Positions 19,991-28,914 of a DNA stretch of 64,000 nucleotides are shown in pieces. The DNA comes from Gammaproteobacteria bacterium (GTDB taxonomy: Bacteria > Pseudomonadota > Gammaproteobacteria > Tenderiales > Tenderiaceae). The DNA is taken from assembly GCA_021731365.1 (NCBI GenBank), contig JAKFXL010000036.1:2503-66502 (forward strand). The letters run 5' to 3'. Each line of letters begins with the position of its first letter. The first letter of the stretch is position 1. The position numbers and the translations under genes are program-made. The notes beneath the pieces were generated by a model, which had not been told where the DNA came from, made no database searches, and worked only from the letters and a program-made list of their open reading frames with translations.

Positions 19991-22726
19991 CTAGGCGTTT
20001 TCCCCACTATCGCCACGGCGGCGCAGCCATTTTTCGATCCCTATTACGGTGTAGATCCCCATGCCGCCCGCCAGAATCCAGACCCATTCGGCCCAGCCGA
20101 TGGGGGCACTGCCAAACAGTTGGTTCATCGCGGGGGTGTAGGTGAACAGTAGTTGCAGCAGGATCATGGTGGTTACCCCAGCCACCAGCCAGCGGTTTGA
20201 GAAGAGACCGAGTTTGAGTGGTGAATAGCGCAGCGAGCGGCAGTTGAACAGATAGAAGAGTTCGCCAAAGACAAACATATTGACGGCGACGGTGCGCGCC
20301 GCTTCAATGCTTCTGTCGTGGCGGATGGCCCACTCAAACATGCCAAAGGCACCGATTAATAGCATCAGGCTGACCAGACCGATACGTGTCAGGAGTTCGC
20401 GGGTCAGGATGGGGGTTTGCGGCTGTCGTGGCGGCCGGGCCATGATGCCTGGCTCCTTGACCTCGAAGGCCAGCATCAGCCCCAGTAGTACGGCGGTGGT
20501 CATGTTGATCCAGAGGATCTGGACCGGGGTGATGGGCAGTGTGAGGCCGGCAAAGACCGCGACCAGTATCACCAGCCCCTCGCCGATATTGGTCGGCAGG
20601 GTCCAGGTGATGAACTTGACGAGGTTGTCAAAGACGGCGCGCCCCTCTTCGACGGCGGCCTCGATGGTGGCGAAGTTGTCGTCGGTGAGCACCATGTCCG
20701 CCGCCTCCTTGGCCACCTCGGTACCCCCCAGCCCCATGGCAACGCCGATGTCGGCTTGTTTGAGCGCTGGGGCATCGTTGACGCCGTCGCCGGTCATCGC
20801 CACCACATGGCCCTGGGCCTGGAGCGCTTCCACCAGCCGCAGCTTCTGTTCCGGCGAGACCCGGGCAAATACCGACGCCCGTTCGGCAACCTCCACCAGC
20901 TCATGGTCGGCCAGTTGCGCCAGGGCGTGGCCATTGATGGCGAAGTGGGCCAGCTCACTGTCAGCGGTGCCACTGAGGCCGATCTGGCGGGCGATGGCGG
21001 CGGCGGTGACCAGATGGTCGCCGGTGATCATCTTGACCTGAATGCCAGCCCGCTGGCAGGCGGCGACGGCGGCGATGGCCTCTGGCCGGGGTGGATCCAT
21101 CATCGCCTGTAGACCGATAAAGGTCATGCCTTCAGCAACGTCGCCATGGCTGATTGATGGGGCGGGTTCAGTGGATGACTTATAGGCAAAGGCAAGCACC
21201 CGCAGCCCTTGGGCCGCCATCTGTTCCACATCGCGGTGTACGCTGCTTTTGTCGAGTGCCACGGTATCCGTCCCATCGCCATAGGCATCGTGGCAGCGGG
21301 AGAGGATGCTCTCAACAGAACCCTTCATATATATAAGAGTCGCTGGCGCTGTGCCAGTATCAGTACCAGAGTGGTGGAGTGTGGCCATGTATTGATGCTG
21401 GGATTCAAACGGCACGGTATCAATGCGTGGCAGCTGCTGCTCCAGCGCCGTGTTTGAAAGCCCGGCCTTGGCGGCGGCGGTGATCAGTGCCACCTCGGTG
21501 GGATCACCCTCGATACTCCACTGCCCACCGTTGTCGATCAGCCGTGAGTCGTTACAGAGCAGTCCCGCCTTCAGGCACTCTAGCAGGGCCGGGTGTTGCT
21601 GAGGATCGATGGCGGTCTGCTCCAGGTGAATCTCCCCCTGTGGCGCGTAACCGACCCCTGTGAATTCGTAACGCTGGCCCGCAGCGCAGAGCTGTTGCAC
21701 CGTCATCTGGTTTTGGGTCAGGGTGCCGGTCTTGTCGGAACAGATCACCGTGGTACTGCCGAGGGTCTCAACCGCGGGCATGCGGCGGATGATGGCGTGA
21801 CGTTTTGCCATCTTGCCCACCCCTACCGCCAGCATGATGGTCATCGCTGCGGGCAGCCCTTCAGGTATTGCCCCCACCGCCAGTGCCACGGCGGCCATAA
21901 AAGTATCGAGCAGCGGTGTGCCGTGGTACAGCCCCGCCAGCACAGTCAAGCCGGCCAGCGCCAATATGACCCAGAGCAGGATGCCGCTGAAGTGGGCAAT
22001 TTTTTTGGTTAGCGGTGTGGCCAGTGTTGTGGCGCTGGCGATCAAGGCGTTGATCTGGCCGATTTCGGTGCCGTCACCGGTGGCTACAACTATGCCAGTG
22101 GCGGTGCCGTAGGTGACCAGAGTGGAGGAGTAGGCCATGTTGCTGCGGTCAGCCAGTGTTTTGGTTTGTGCTATCCGTTCGGGTTGTTTTTGGACCGGTA
22201 CAGACTCGCCAGTGAGTGCCGACTCATCCACCTGTAGCTCACGGCAACGCAGTAACCTCAGATCGGCGGGGACCTTGTCGCCGGATTGCAGTAATACCAG
22301 ATCACCGGGGACCAACTCTGCAGCGTTGATCTTCACCTTTTGACCGGCGCGGATGACAAGGGCGGTACCCTCCATGGCCCGCGCCAGCGCCTCAATCGCC
22401 TTGACGGCCTTTAACTCCTGAACAAAACCGATAATGGCGTTGGCCAGTACAACGCCGAAGATAACCCCACTGTCGACCCACTCTTGTAATAGAAAGGTGG
22501 TGATCGCTGCAACGAGCAGGATATAGATCAGGGGTTGATTAAATTGCAATAGAAACAGTGTGAGTGGGCTTTTGCCCTTTTTTAGCGTCAGGCGGTTGGT
22601 TCCAAAACTGCCCTGACGGTGGGTCACCTCAAAGGTATCCAGCCCCTTATGACCATCTGATTCCAACAGGGCGACCACTTCGTCGTCTGGCAGGTGGTGC
22701 CAATGCCTTGAGAGCAGATTGTCCAT
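19991..22726 (-). CDS. Cation-transporting P-type ATPase (type II, PacL/CtpF-like)
   Basis: TGES, PEGL, DKTGTLT, MITGDH, TGDGVNDAPAL, QILWINM. Confidence 0.95.
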   Translation of the reverse strand: MDNLLSRHWHHLPDDEVVALLESDGHKGLDTFEVTHRQGSFGTNRLTLKKGKSPLTLFLLQFNQPLIYILLVAAITTFLLQEWVDSGVIFGVVLANAIIGFVQELKAVKAIEALARAMEGTALVIRAGQKVKINAAELVPGDLVLLQSGDKVPADLRLLRCRELQVDESALTGESVPVQKQPERIAQTKTLADRSNMAYSSTLVTYGTATGIVVATGDGTEIGQINALIASATTLATPLTKKIAHFSGILLWVILALAGLTVLAGLYHGTPLLDTFMAAVALAVGAIPEGLPAAMTIMLAVGVGKMAKRHAIIRRMPAVETLGSTTVICSDKTGTLTQNQMTVQQLCAAGQRYEFTGVGYAPQGEIHLEQTAIDPQQHPALLECLKAGLLCNDSRLIDNGGQWSIEGDPTEVALITAAAKAGLSNTALEQQLPRIDTVPFESQHQYMATLHHSGTDTGTAPATLIYMKGSVESILSRCHDAYGDGTDTVALDKSSVHRDVEQMAAQGLRVLAFAYKSSTEPAPSISHGDVAEGMTFIGLQAMMDPPRPEAIAAVAACQRAGIQVKMITGDHLVTAAAIARQIGLSGTADSELAHFAINGHALAQLADHELVEVAERASVFARVSPEQKLRLVEALQAQGHVVAMTGDGVNDAPALKQADIGVAMGLGGTEVAKEAADMVLTDDNFATIEAAVEEGRAVFDNLVKFITWTLPTNIGEGLVILVAVFAGLTLPITPVQILWINMTTAVLLGLMLAFEVKEPGIMARPPRQPQTPILTRELLTRIGLVSLMLLIGAFGMFEWAIRHDRSIEAARTVAVNMFVFGELFYLFNCRSLRYSPLKLGLFSNRWLVAGVTTMILLQLLFTYTPAMNQLFGSAPIGWAEWVWILAGGMGIYTVIGIEKWLRRRGDSGENA

Positions 22727-22809
22727 TTTTGCTACCCTAAGTTCTGTTACGGTTAGGCAGTACCCTTACAGACTATCAGATAATTCGAGTAGTGATAGCA
22801 GGGGCTGAA

Positions 22810-23658
22810 TTAACTATTCTCCTTGGCGCTGTAACGCAACATCAGCCAATCAAGCCAGCGGTCGGGCAGCAGCCGTTTGGCAACGGCGGCGATGTGGGTG
22901 GGGGTGGTAACACGGTAACGGATTTTGGGTCTGGTGGATTCCAGGGCGTGGATCACCTTCTCCAGCACTGCCTCGGGCGGCAGGGTGAGGCTGCTACTGT
23001 TGCCCGGTTTGCTGAGCCGTTTATCAACCCCCTCGTAATAGGCGCGATGGGCGCTCTTTTCAGGGTTGATATTTTTCTGGTACATGGCGTGGGCATTGGC
23101 GCGAAACTTGGTTTTGATCGGCCCCGGCTCGATCAGAGAGACGTGGATGCCGGTGCCGTGCAGCTCCAGGCGCAATGTATCGCTGAGGGACTCCAGGGCA
23201 AACTTGCTGGCGTTGTAGGCCCCACGGTAGGGCAGGTTGATAAATCCCAGGATGGAGCTGTTATTGATAATGCGCCCATACCCCTGTCGGCGCATGGTGG
23301 GAATCACAAGATTGGTCAGCTCCTGGGTGCCAAACAGATTGGTCTCAAACTGTTCACGCAGCACCTCACGTTGCAGATCCTCCACCGCACCCGGCTGCCC
23401 ATAGGCACCGTTGTTAAAAAGTGCATCGAGCCGACCGTCGGTTTCACTCCATAGTCGTTTCAGACCAGTACGGATTGAGTCGGAGCGGGCAAGATCAAGC
23501 TGAAAACTCTCCAGCCCCTCATCACGCAGCCGATCCACATCCTCAGGCTCACGGGCCGTGGCAAAGACGCGGTAGCCGCGCTGTTTCAGCCCGTGGGCGG
23601 TGCAGTAACCGATGCCGCTGGAGCAGCCGGTGATGAGAACAATCTTGGGGTTTGTCAT
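22810..23658 (-). CDS. Short-chain dehydrogenase/reductase (YbbO-like)
   Basis: TGCSSGIG, NNGA, YNASK catalytic YxxxK. Confidence 0.92.
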   Translation of the reverse strand: MTNPKIVLITGCSSGIGYCTAHGLKQRGYRVFATAREPEDVDRLRDEGLESFQLDLARSDSIRTGLKRLWSETDGRLDALFNNGAYGQPGAVEDLQREVLREQFETNLFGTQELTNLVIPTMRRQGYGRIINNSSILGFINLPYRGAYNASKFALESLSDTLRLELHGTGIHVSLIEPGPIKTKFRANAHAMYQKNINPEKSAHRAYYEGVDKRLSKPGNSSSLTLPPEAVLEKVIHALESTRPKIRYRVTTPTHIAAVAKRLLPDRWLDWLMLRYSAKENS

Positions 23659-23774
23659 AAAAGCGATGCCACAGGGTTATTAATTATTCGTTGAGTCTAC
23701 TGCAGAGGCGACCGGTTTGTCCTCACTCCATCGCAGTGGCTGGATGGCGGGGGCATGGTGGGTGTTGAGGCAAT

Positions 23775-23802
23775 AAAAAACCCGCACTTAGGCGGGTTCT
23801 TT
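23775..23802 (-). terminator. Intrinsic terminator after tRNA-Asp
   Basis: AACCCGC/GCGGGTT stem with T run on the minus strand. Confidence 0.8.
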
Positions 23803-23833
23803 GGATGTTGCTGGACGTACTTAAATCAGAAAT

Positions 23834-23910
23834 TGGCGGAGCGGACGGGACTCGAACCCGCGACCCTCGGCGTGACAGGCCGATATTCTAACCAACTGAA
23901 CTACCGCTCC
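23834..23910 (-). tRNA. tRNA-Asp (GTC)
   Basis: GGAGCGGTAGTTCAGTTGGTTAGAATATCGGCCTGTCACGCCGAGGGTCGCGGGTTCGAGTCCCGTCCGCTCCGCCA; 77 nt, TTCGA loop, encoded CCA. Confidence 0.98.
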
Positions 23911-23923
23911 GGAAAGAGGGCGC

Positions 23924-23952
23924 ATATTGCCCGATCATTTGATAAATATCAA
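23924..23952 (-). promoter_or_regulatory. sigma70 promoter of tRNA-Asp with GC-rich discriminator
   Basis: TTGATA-17 bp-CAATAT followed by GCGCCC. Confidence 0.55.
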
Positions 23953-24095
23953 GACCTAATCTGGGAGGCAGGGTATAATGGCCCCACTTTTTTACTCCAT
24001 CCGGGCTGGTTTGCACTATCTACCTACCTCTCCGGCCTGTTTCAATTAAGCACAAGTAGTTTTTAGTCCATTTCTTATTCATAGGGTAATCATCC

Positions 24096-25538
24096 ATGAC
24101 ATTTGCTTCTCTCGGCCTGTCCGAGCCCCTTTTACGTGCTGTTAGCGAAAAAGGTTACGACACCCCATCGCCTGTACAGCTTCAGGCGATCCCAGCCATC
24201 ATCTCCGGTCGCGACATGATGGCCGCCGCCCAAACAGGCACAGGCAAGACTGCCGGTTTCACGTTGCCACTGCTGCAGCGTCTCTCAGACGGGCCTGCGG
24301 TACAGCCCAACCATATTCGCGCGCTGGTATTGACCCCCACCCGCGAGCTGGCAGCCCAGGTTGCTGAGAGCGTTGAGATTTACGGCAAGTACCTGCCACT
24401 GCGTTCAACGGTGGTATTTGGTGGTGTCAAAATCAATCCACAGATGATGAAACTGCGTCGTGGCGTCGATGTGCTGGTGGCAACACCGGGCCGTCTGATG
24501 GATCTCTTTAGCCAGAATGCCGTGAAGTTCTCTCAGGTTGAGATCCTGGTGCTGGATGAGGCCGACCGCATGCTCGACATGGGGTTTATCAACGATATCC
24601 GTAAAATCCTGGCGCAGCTGCCTAAAAAGCGCCAGACACTGCTCTTCTCCGCCACCTTCTCGGACGAGATTCGCACTCTGGCCAAAGGGTTGTTGAACGA
24701 TCCGGTGCAGGTAGAGGTGAGCCCGCGCAATGCCGCCGCCGTAACGGTAAAACAGTCCGTCTACGAGGTGGATAAAGATAAAAAATCGGCACTGCTGAGC
24801 AAGCTGGTGCGTAGCAATGAGTGGAGCCAGGTGCTGGTCTTTACCCGTACCAAACATGGTGCCAATCGCCTGACCGAAAAGCTGGAGCGTGACGGCATCA
24901 CCTCCATGGCGATCCATGGCAACAAGAGCCAGGGGGCGCGCACCAAGGCGCTGGCGCAGTTCAAGTCAGGTGAGGTGCGGGTACTGGTCGCCACCGATAT
25001 TGCCGCCCGTGGTATCGACATCGATCAGCTTCCCCATGTCATCAACTTTGAACTGCCCAATGTGCCGGAAGATTACGTACACCGCATCGGCCGTACCGGT
25101 CGTGCCGGCGCCACCGGTGAGGCGATCTCGCTGGTGAGTGCAGACGAGGTGAGTTTTCTGCGCTCCATCGAGCGTTTGATCAAACAGACGCTGGTACGTG
25201 AAACAGAGGTGGGTTTTGAACCAAGCCACAACGTACCGATCACCAACCTGACCGACAGAAGCGACGATCGTCCCAGCCGCCCACGCAGTGCCAGGCCGGC
25301 CGGTGGCGCGCCAGCCAGAAGTCGTGGTCCACGTCCTGCAGGTGGTAACGCCAGACCAGCACATGGTGAGGCCAACGGCAATACCGCCAGACCCCAACGC
25401 CCGCAGGGTGATGTTGGCAATAGTCGCGCTGCCCAACCGCAAGGCAGTGGTAACAGAGGTGGTGTGGTAAAACCACAGGGACACGGCCCCACCCCCGCAG
25501 GCCGGGCGCCTAAGCCAAGCACCTCACGCGGCCACTAG
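24096..25538 (+). CDS. rhlE: DEAD-box RNA helicase RhlE
   Basis: [29 protein letters not shown]; basic disordered tail. Confidence 0.93.
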   Translation: MTFASLGLSEPLLRAVSEKGYDTPSPVQLQAIPAIISGRDMMAAAQTGTGKTAGFTLPLLQRLSDGPAVQPNHIRALVLTPTRELAAQVAESVEIYGKYLPLRSTVVFGGVKINPQMMKLRRGVDVLVATPGRLMDLFSQNAVKFSQVEILVLDEADRMLDMGFINDIRKILAQLPKKRQTLLFSATFSDEIRTLAKGLLNDPVQVEVSPRNAAAVTVKQSVYEVDKDKKSALLSKLVRSNEWSQVLVFTRTKHGANRLTEKLERDGITSMAIHGNKSQGARTKALAQFKSGEVRVLVATDIAARGIDIDQLPHVINFELPNVPEDYVHRIGRTGRAGATGEAISLVSADEVSFLRSIERLIKQTLVRETEVGFEPSHNVPITNLTDRSDDRPSRPRSARPAGGAPARSRGPRPAGGNARPAHGEANGNTARPQRPQGDVGNSRAAQPQGSGNRGGVVKPQGHGPTPAGRAPKPSTSRGH

Positions 25539-25645
25539 TCGCGGGGGGGTATTCAACAGCAGGGTGGGCAAGAACACTCTGCTGATTGATTTTTGAGCGA
25601 GTAAACACGGTAGGTTTGTGCGTTACAAAAAATGGTAGTTTTGCC

Positions 25646-25680
25646 AATGGCCACAGAGGAATCTGTGGCCATTTTGCTTT
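25646..25680 (+). terminator. Intrinsic terminator after rhlE
   Basis: AATGGCCACAGA/TCTGTGGCCATT 12-bp stem followed by a T-rich tail. Confidence 0.75.
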
Positions 25681-25811
25681 CTGGGTTCCCCTGAGTCACG
25701 CGCACCAGCCAGGCTGGTTTCGGCCAGGAACGGTCTGCCGGGCCATGAGCCTGGAACGACGGCGCATCTCCTGACTGACATCAGGCTCAATTCCCCTCCT
25801 GCTCCAACGTT

Positions 25812-27599
25812 TTACTGCGGCAGTTCGGCAAGGTTGCTCTCAACCTTTTGAACGTAGGGTTCATATCGGCTGGGCACCGTTGTGGCGAACTGGCGATAAA
25901 TGCCCAGCGCCTCCTCGTAGGCCCGGCGCGCCTCGGCCAGGCGGTTCTCATCGCTGTGCAGGACGCCCAGGTTGTTGAGTGTCATGGCGACAGCAGGCCG
26001 GTAGCCGTCGGGGTTCGTTTTGGCCAGGTCGCGGCGGATACTCAGCGCCTCCTCATAGGCCTGGCGCGCCTCGGTCAGGCGGTTCTCATCGCGGTGCAGG
26101 AGGCCCAGGTTGTTGAGTGTGGCGGCGACATAAGACCGGTAGAGATCGGGGTTCGTTTTGGCTAGGTCGCGATAGAGGTCCTGCGCCTCCTCGTAGGCCT
26201 GGCGCGCCTCGGCTAGGCGGTGTTCAGAGTGGTGCAGGGTGCCTAGGTTGTTGAGTATCATGGCGACATCAGGCCGGTAGACGTCGGGGTTGGTTTTGGC
26301 CAGTTCGCGATAGATCTCCTGCGCCTCCTCATAGGCCTGGCGCGCCTCGGTTAGTCGGTTCTCATCGCTGTGCAGGTTGCCCAGGTTGTTGAGTGTCATG
26401 GCGACATCAGGCCGGTAGACGTCGGGGCTCGTTTTGGCCAGGTCGCGATAGATGTCCCGCGCCTCCTCGTACGCCTTGCGCGCCTCGGTTAGGCGGTTCT
26501 CAGCGTAGTGCAGGACGCCCAGGTTGTTGAGTGTCATGGCGACATCAGGCCGATAGACGTTGGGGTTCGCTTTGGCCAGGTCGCGGCGGATGTTCAGCGC
26601 CTCCTCGTAGGCCTTGCGCGCCTCGGTCATACGGTTCTCAGCGCGGTGCAGGACACCCAGGTTGTTGAGTATGGTGGCGATCGGTCCAGGGTCTGCTGCC
26701 TGTCGCGCTAGCGCCAGCGCTTGTTTGTAGCCCTTGTTTGCTTCGGCAAAATGGTTCTGTTGCTGATGAAAGTAGCTGTACTGAAACCAAGCCTCGTACG
26801 AGTTGGGCGCGTACTTGACCGCCTGTGCATAGGCCCGGCCCGCGCCGTCAAAGTCGAACTGGGTCGTCAGCAGTTGGCCCTTGAGCAACCAGCCCTGCAC
26901 GGCCTGGTTCAGTTGTTCTTGGGCCTTGAGTGCTTCTTGCTCCAGCCGCTCTTCACTCAAGAGTTGCAGCGCCGCATCGGTTTTGCCATCGAGGAACAGG
27001 CGCAAGGCCTCGCGGTAGCTGCCACCTATCTCCTCGGGTTTGCGCGTGGCGGCCTGTTTGGCCCACTCCTGCACCTGTTGGAGTGCCTGGTCGCGCTCGC
27101 GCAACAGGCGGTCGCGCTCCTGCGCCGTGGCGGCCTGTCGTCCTTCGAGTTCGGCCAGTTTGATTTTGTAGGTCTGTTCAACCGCTTGGTTGCCTTTTAA
27201 ACGGTAGAACTCTGCCACCCTTAAATCGCGCTCGGTTTCCTTGCAGACGATGATCTCGAACCGCCGCATGGCGTCCTTTGTGGGGAGGCGATGGTCCAGC
27301 AGAATATCGTTGACCACGCTCCACCCGGCGCGCTTCACGCCAATACGCACGTCCTGGCCGGGAAGCCCCTCGCGGAAGATCAGCACGAACTGGCCATCGT
27401 TGCCCGTCGTGACCGGATTGGCCCCAGGGGCGAAAATCTCAATCCCGGCGACGGGCGCACCACGCTCGCTGTTGAGCGAGACGATGCCTTTGAGCGTGAC
27501 CGAGCCCCACGCCTGGCTGGCCATCGTGAGTATCAGTGCTACGAAGAGATGTTTTACTACCGGCATCGGATCGGACTTGGCGCTGGGCATGGTGGTCAT
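25812..27599 (-). CDS. Exported TPR protein: signal peptide, Ig-like (carboxypeptidase-regulatory-like) domain, coiled coil, TPR array
   Basis: LFVALILTMASQAWG signal, TGNDGQF strand motif, repeated AMTLNNLG..H..ENRL.EAR.AYEEA. Confidence 0.88.
   Translation of the reverse strand: MTTMPSAKSDPMPVVKHLFVALILTMASQAWGSVTLKGIVSLNSERGAPVAGIEIFAPGANPVTTGNDGQFVLIFREGLPGQDVRIGVKRAGWSVVNDILLDHRLPTKDAMRRFEIIVCKETERDLRVAEFYRLKGNQAVEQTYKIKLAELEGRQAATAQERDRLLRERDQALQQVQEWAKQAATRKPEEIGGSYREALRLFLDGKTDAALQLLSEERLEQEALKAQEQLNQAVQGWLLKGQLLTTQFDFDGAGRAYAQAVKYAPNSYEAWFQYSYFHQQQNHFAEANKGYKQALALARQAADPGPIATILNNLGVLHRAENRMTEARKAYEEALNIRRDLAKANPNVYRPDVAMTLNNLGVLHYAENRLTEARKAYEEARDIYRDLAKTSPDVYRPDVAMTLNNLGNLHSDENRLTEARQAYEEAQEIYRELAKTNPDVYRPDVAMILNNLGTLHHSEHRLAEARQAYEEAQDLYRDLAKTNPDLYRSYVAATLNNLGLLHRDENRLTEARQAYEEALSIRRDLAKTNPDGYRPAVAMTLNNLGVLHSDENRLAEARRAYEEALGIYRQFATTVPSRYEPYVQKVESNLAELPQ
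25851..26678 (-). repeat. Six tandem 138-bp (46-aa) intragenic TPR repeats
   Basis: AGGTTGTTGAGT recurs every 138 bp; six LNNLG units in the translation. Confidence 0.95.
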
Positions 27600-28441
27600 G
27601 GGGTTACTCCCTTGTCAGGTGGCAATGGGGTCAGCCGCACTCGCAGTGGATTTCCCCCCGGTGTTATCTGGCCTCTCCAGGGTTCAAACCCTGTTGCCGT
27701 GATAGTGAGACTGCGATCCGTTAAATCAGCGGGCAGCGGAATGTCGAATCGACCATCTACATCGCTGATCGTGGCGAATCCGGCGATGCTGATCCGCGCC
27801 TGGGGCAGCGGCCTGCCCTGTGCGTCTGCCACCTCCCCGGTGAGATGCAGGCGCTTGGCCCGAACAGCCAGATAAACCGCTTCGTCACCGAGCTTGATGG
27901 TGGCCGCCGGGACCGCAATTTCATAGTTGTCAGACTCCAGACCAATGGCTACCTTGCGGTCGCGCATGTCTGCGGGGATACCGATAAACCGGGCTTCACC
28001 TTTATCGCCTATCGACTCGTTGCGACGGTCGGCGCCAAAATCAAGGGAGAGCTTGCCTTGACCGCGCAGTGGCACGACTTGGTGTCCGGCTTCATCGTGA
28101 ACAAACACGGTCAGGTCAAACCGTTGGCTGGGCGGCGGAACAAGGTAAAAACCAAGGATGAGCACAAGCAGCATAATGACGGCGGGGCCACCAAGTTCAA
28201 TGGTGCCATTGAGAACCTTGCCGGTGTAACCCGCATAGGAGTTGAATAACGAAAAAGTGGTGATCGCTGCCGCGAGACCGAGCGGTATGAGCAAGACATA
28301 CCATACATGGCCAGTCAGCTCGAGACGATCCAACATTTCCGCTCTCCAGAGCATCACCCCCAGCAGAAGGAAACCCGCAAACGCGGCTATTGCGGCGACG
28401 AGCAAAGGAGAGGCGGCGCGAGAACGTGGCGGCCTGTTCAT
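27596..28441 (-). CDS. Membrane protein with three N-terminal TM helices and C-terminal Ig-like (carboxypeptidase-regulatory-like) domains
   Basis: Hydrophobic segments around ELGGPAV; LTGEVADAQGRPLPQARI...SDVDGRF motif; ATGA overlaps with both neighbours. Confidence 0.8.
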   Translation of the reverse strand: MNRPPRSRAASPLLVAAIAAFAGFLLLGVMLWRAEMLDRLELTGHVWYVLLIPLGLAAAITTFSLFNSYAGYTGKVLNGTIELGGPAVIMLLVLILGFYLVPPPSQRFDLTVFVHDEAGHQVVPLRGQGKLSLDFGADRRNESIGDKGEARFIGIPADMRDRKVAIGLESDNYEIAVPAATIKLGDEAVYLAVRAKRLHLTGEVADAQGRPLPQARISIAGFATISDVDGRFDIPLPADLTDRSLTITATGFEPWRGQITPGGNPLRVRLTPLPPDKGVTP

Positions 28442-28545
28442 GGTCGACGTCTCAGGCAAGTGAGTGCTTGCTGAAGCGCCCGCACGAGGTTGTCGTCCTT
28501 CGAGCTGTGGCTGATGAAGCGGTCGTGTGTACAGCTCGCTGGCAT
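28438..28545 (-). pseudogene. 35-aa TIR-domain stump (collapsed TIR gene)
   Basis: Own translation: MPASCTHDRFISHSSKDDNLVRALQQALTCLRRRP*. FISHSSKD..VRALQQAL is TIR betaA/alphaA. RBS AGGGA upstream; stop overlaps the next ATG. Confidence 0.7.
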
Positions 28546-28782
28546 CGTAACTATTCCCTGTTGCGCCCTGAGTGACGCAGACCGCGAGAGATGAGGTGCG
28601 CTGCGCTATTTGTATACCGGCTCTGTTGTACTCTGGAACGTACTTTGAGGGCTATTTTTTTGCAAGCAAAAGAATAGGGGTGTCCCGTGGGTTTGGTTGC
28701 GGTAAAACGGCTGTTTGATGCGGTGCAGGCTGGCGCGGTTGCCGAAGGAGGTTGTTGGTGTCGTTTGCTGAATCTCTGTTTG

Positions 28783-28914
28783 GGAACCTCTGAGAATAAG
28801 TGCCCCGTTCGTGGTGAGCTTGTCGAACCATGAATGGAGGACGCTTAACGATCAACGCGTTACGTCACCAGCCCTTCGACAGGCTCAGGGCGAACGGATT
28901 TATTCAGAGGTTTC
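28783..28914. mobile_element. MITE/REPIN-like non-autonomous element (about 132 bp)
   Basis: Imperfect terminal inverted repeats GGAACCTCTGAGAATAA ... TTATTCAGAGGTTTC enclosing two inverted REP-like hairpins; a second partial copy lies at 18647. Confidence 0.7.

Noticed and set aside
23834..23860. attL/attR duplication of the tRNA-Asp 3' end
   Set aside because: No second copy was spotted in the window and there is no phage-type integrase.
23755..24066. 103-aa ORF
   Set aside because: Overlaps tRNA-Asp, its promoter and its terminator; spurious.
25255..25538. Low-complexity R/P/G-rich repeats at the rhlE 3' end
   Set aside because: Ordinary disordered tail of RhlE-type helicases.
25851..26678. 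CRISPR array or DGR template/variable repeats
   Set aside because: The repeats are in-frame coding TPR units with no unique spacers. No cas or reverse transcriptase gene is in the window.
28652..28855. 67-aa ORF
   Set aside because: Starts inside the MITE hairpins; a translation of repeat sequence.
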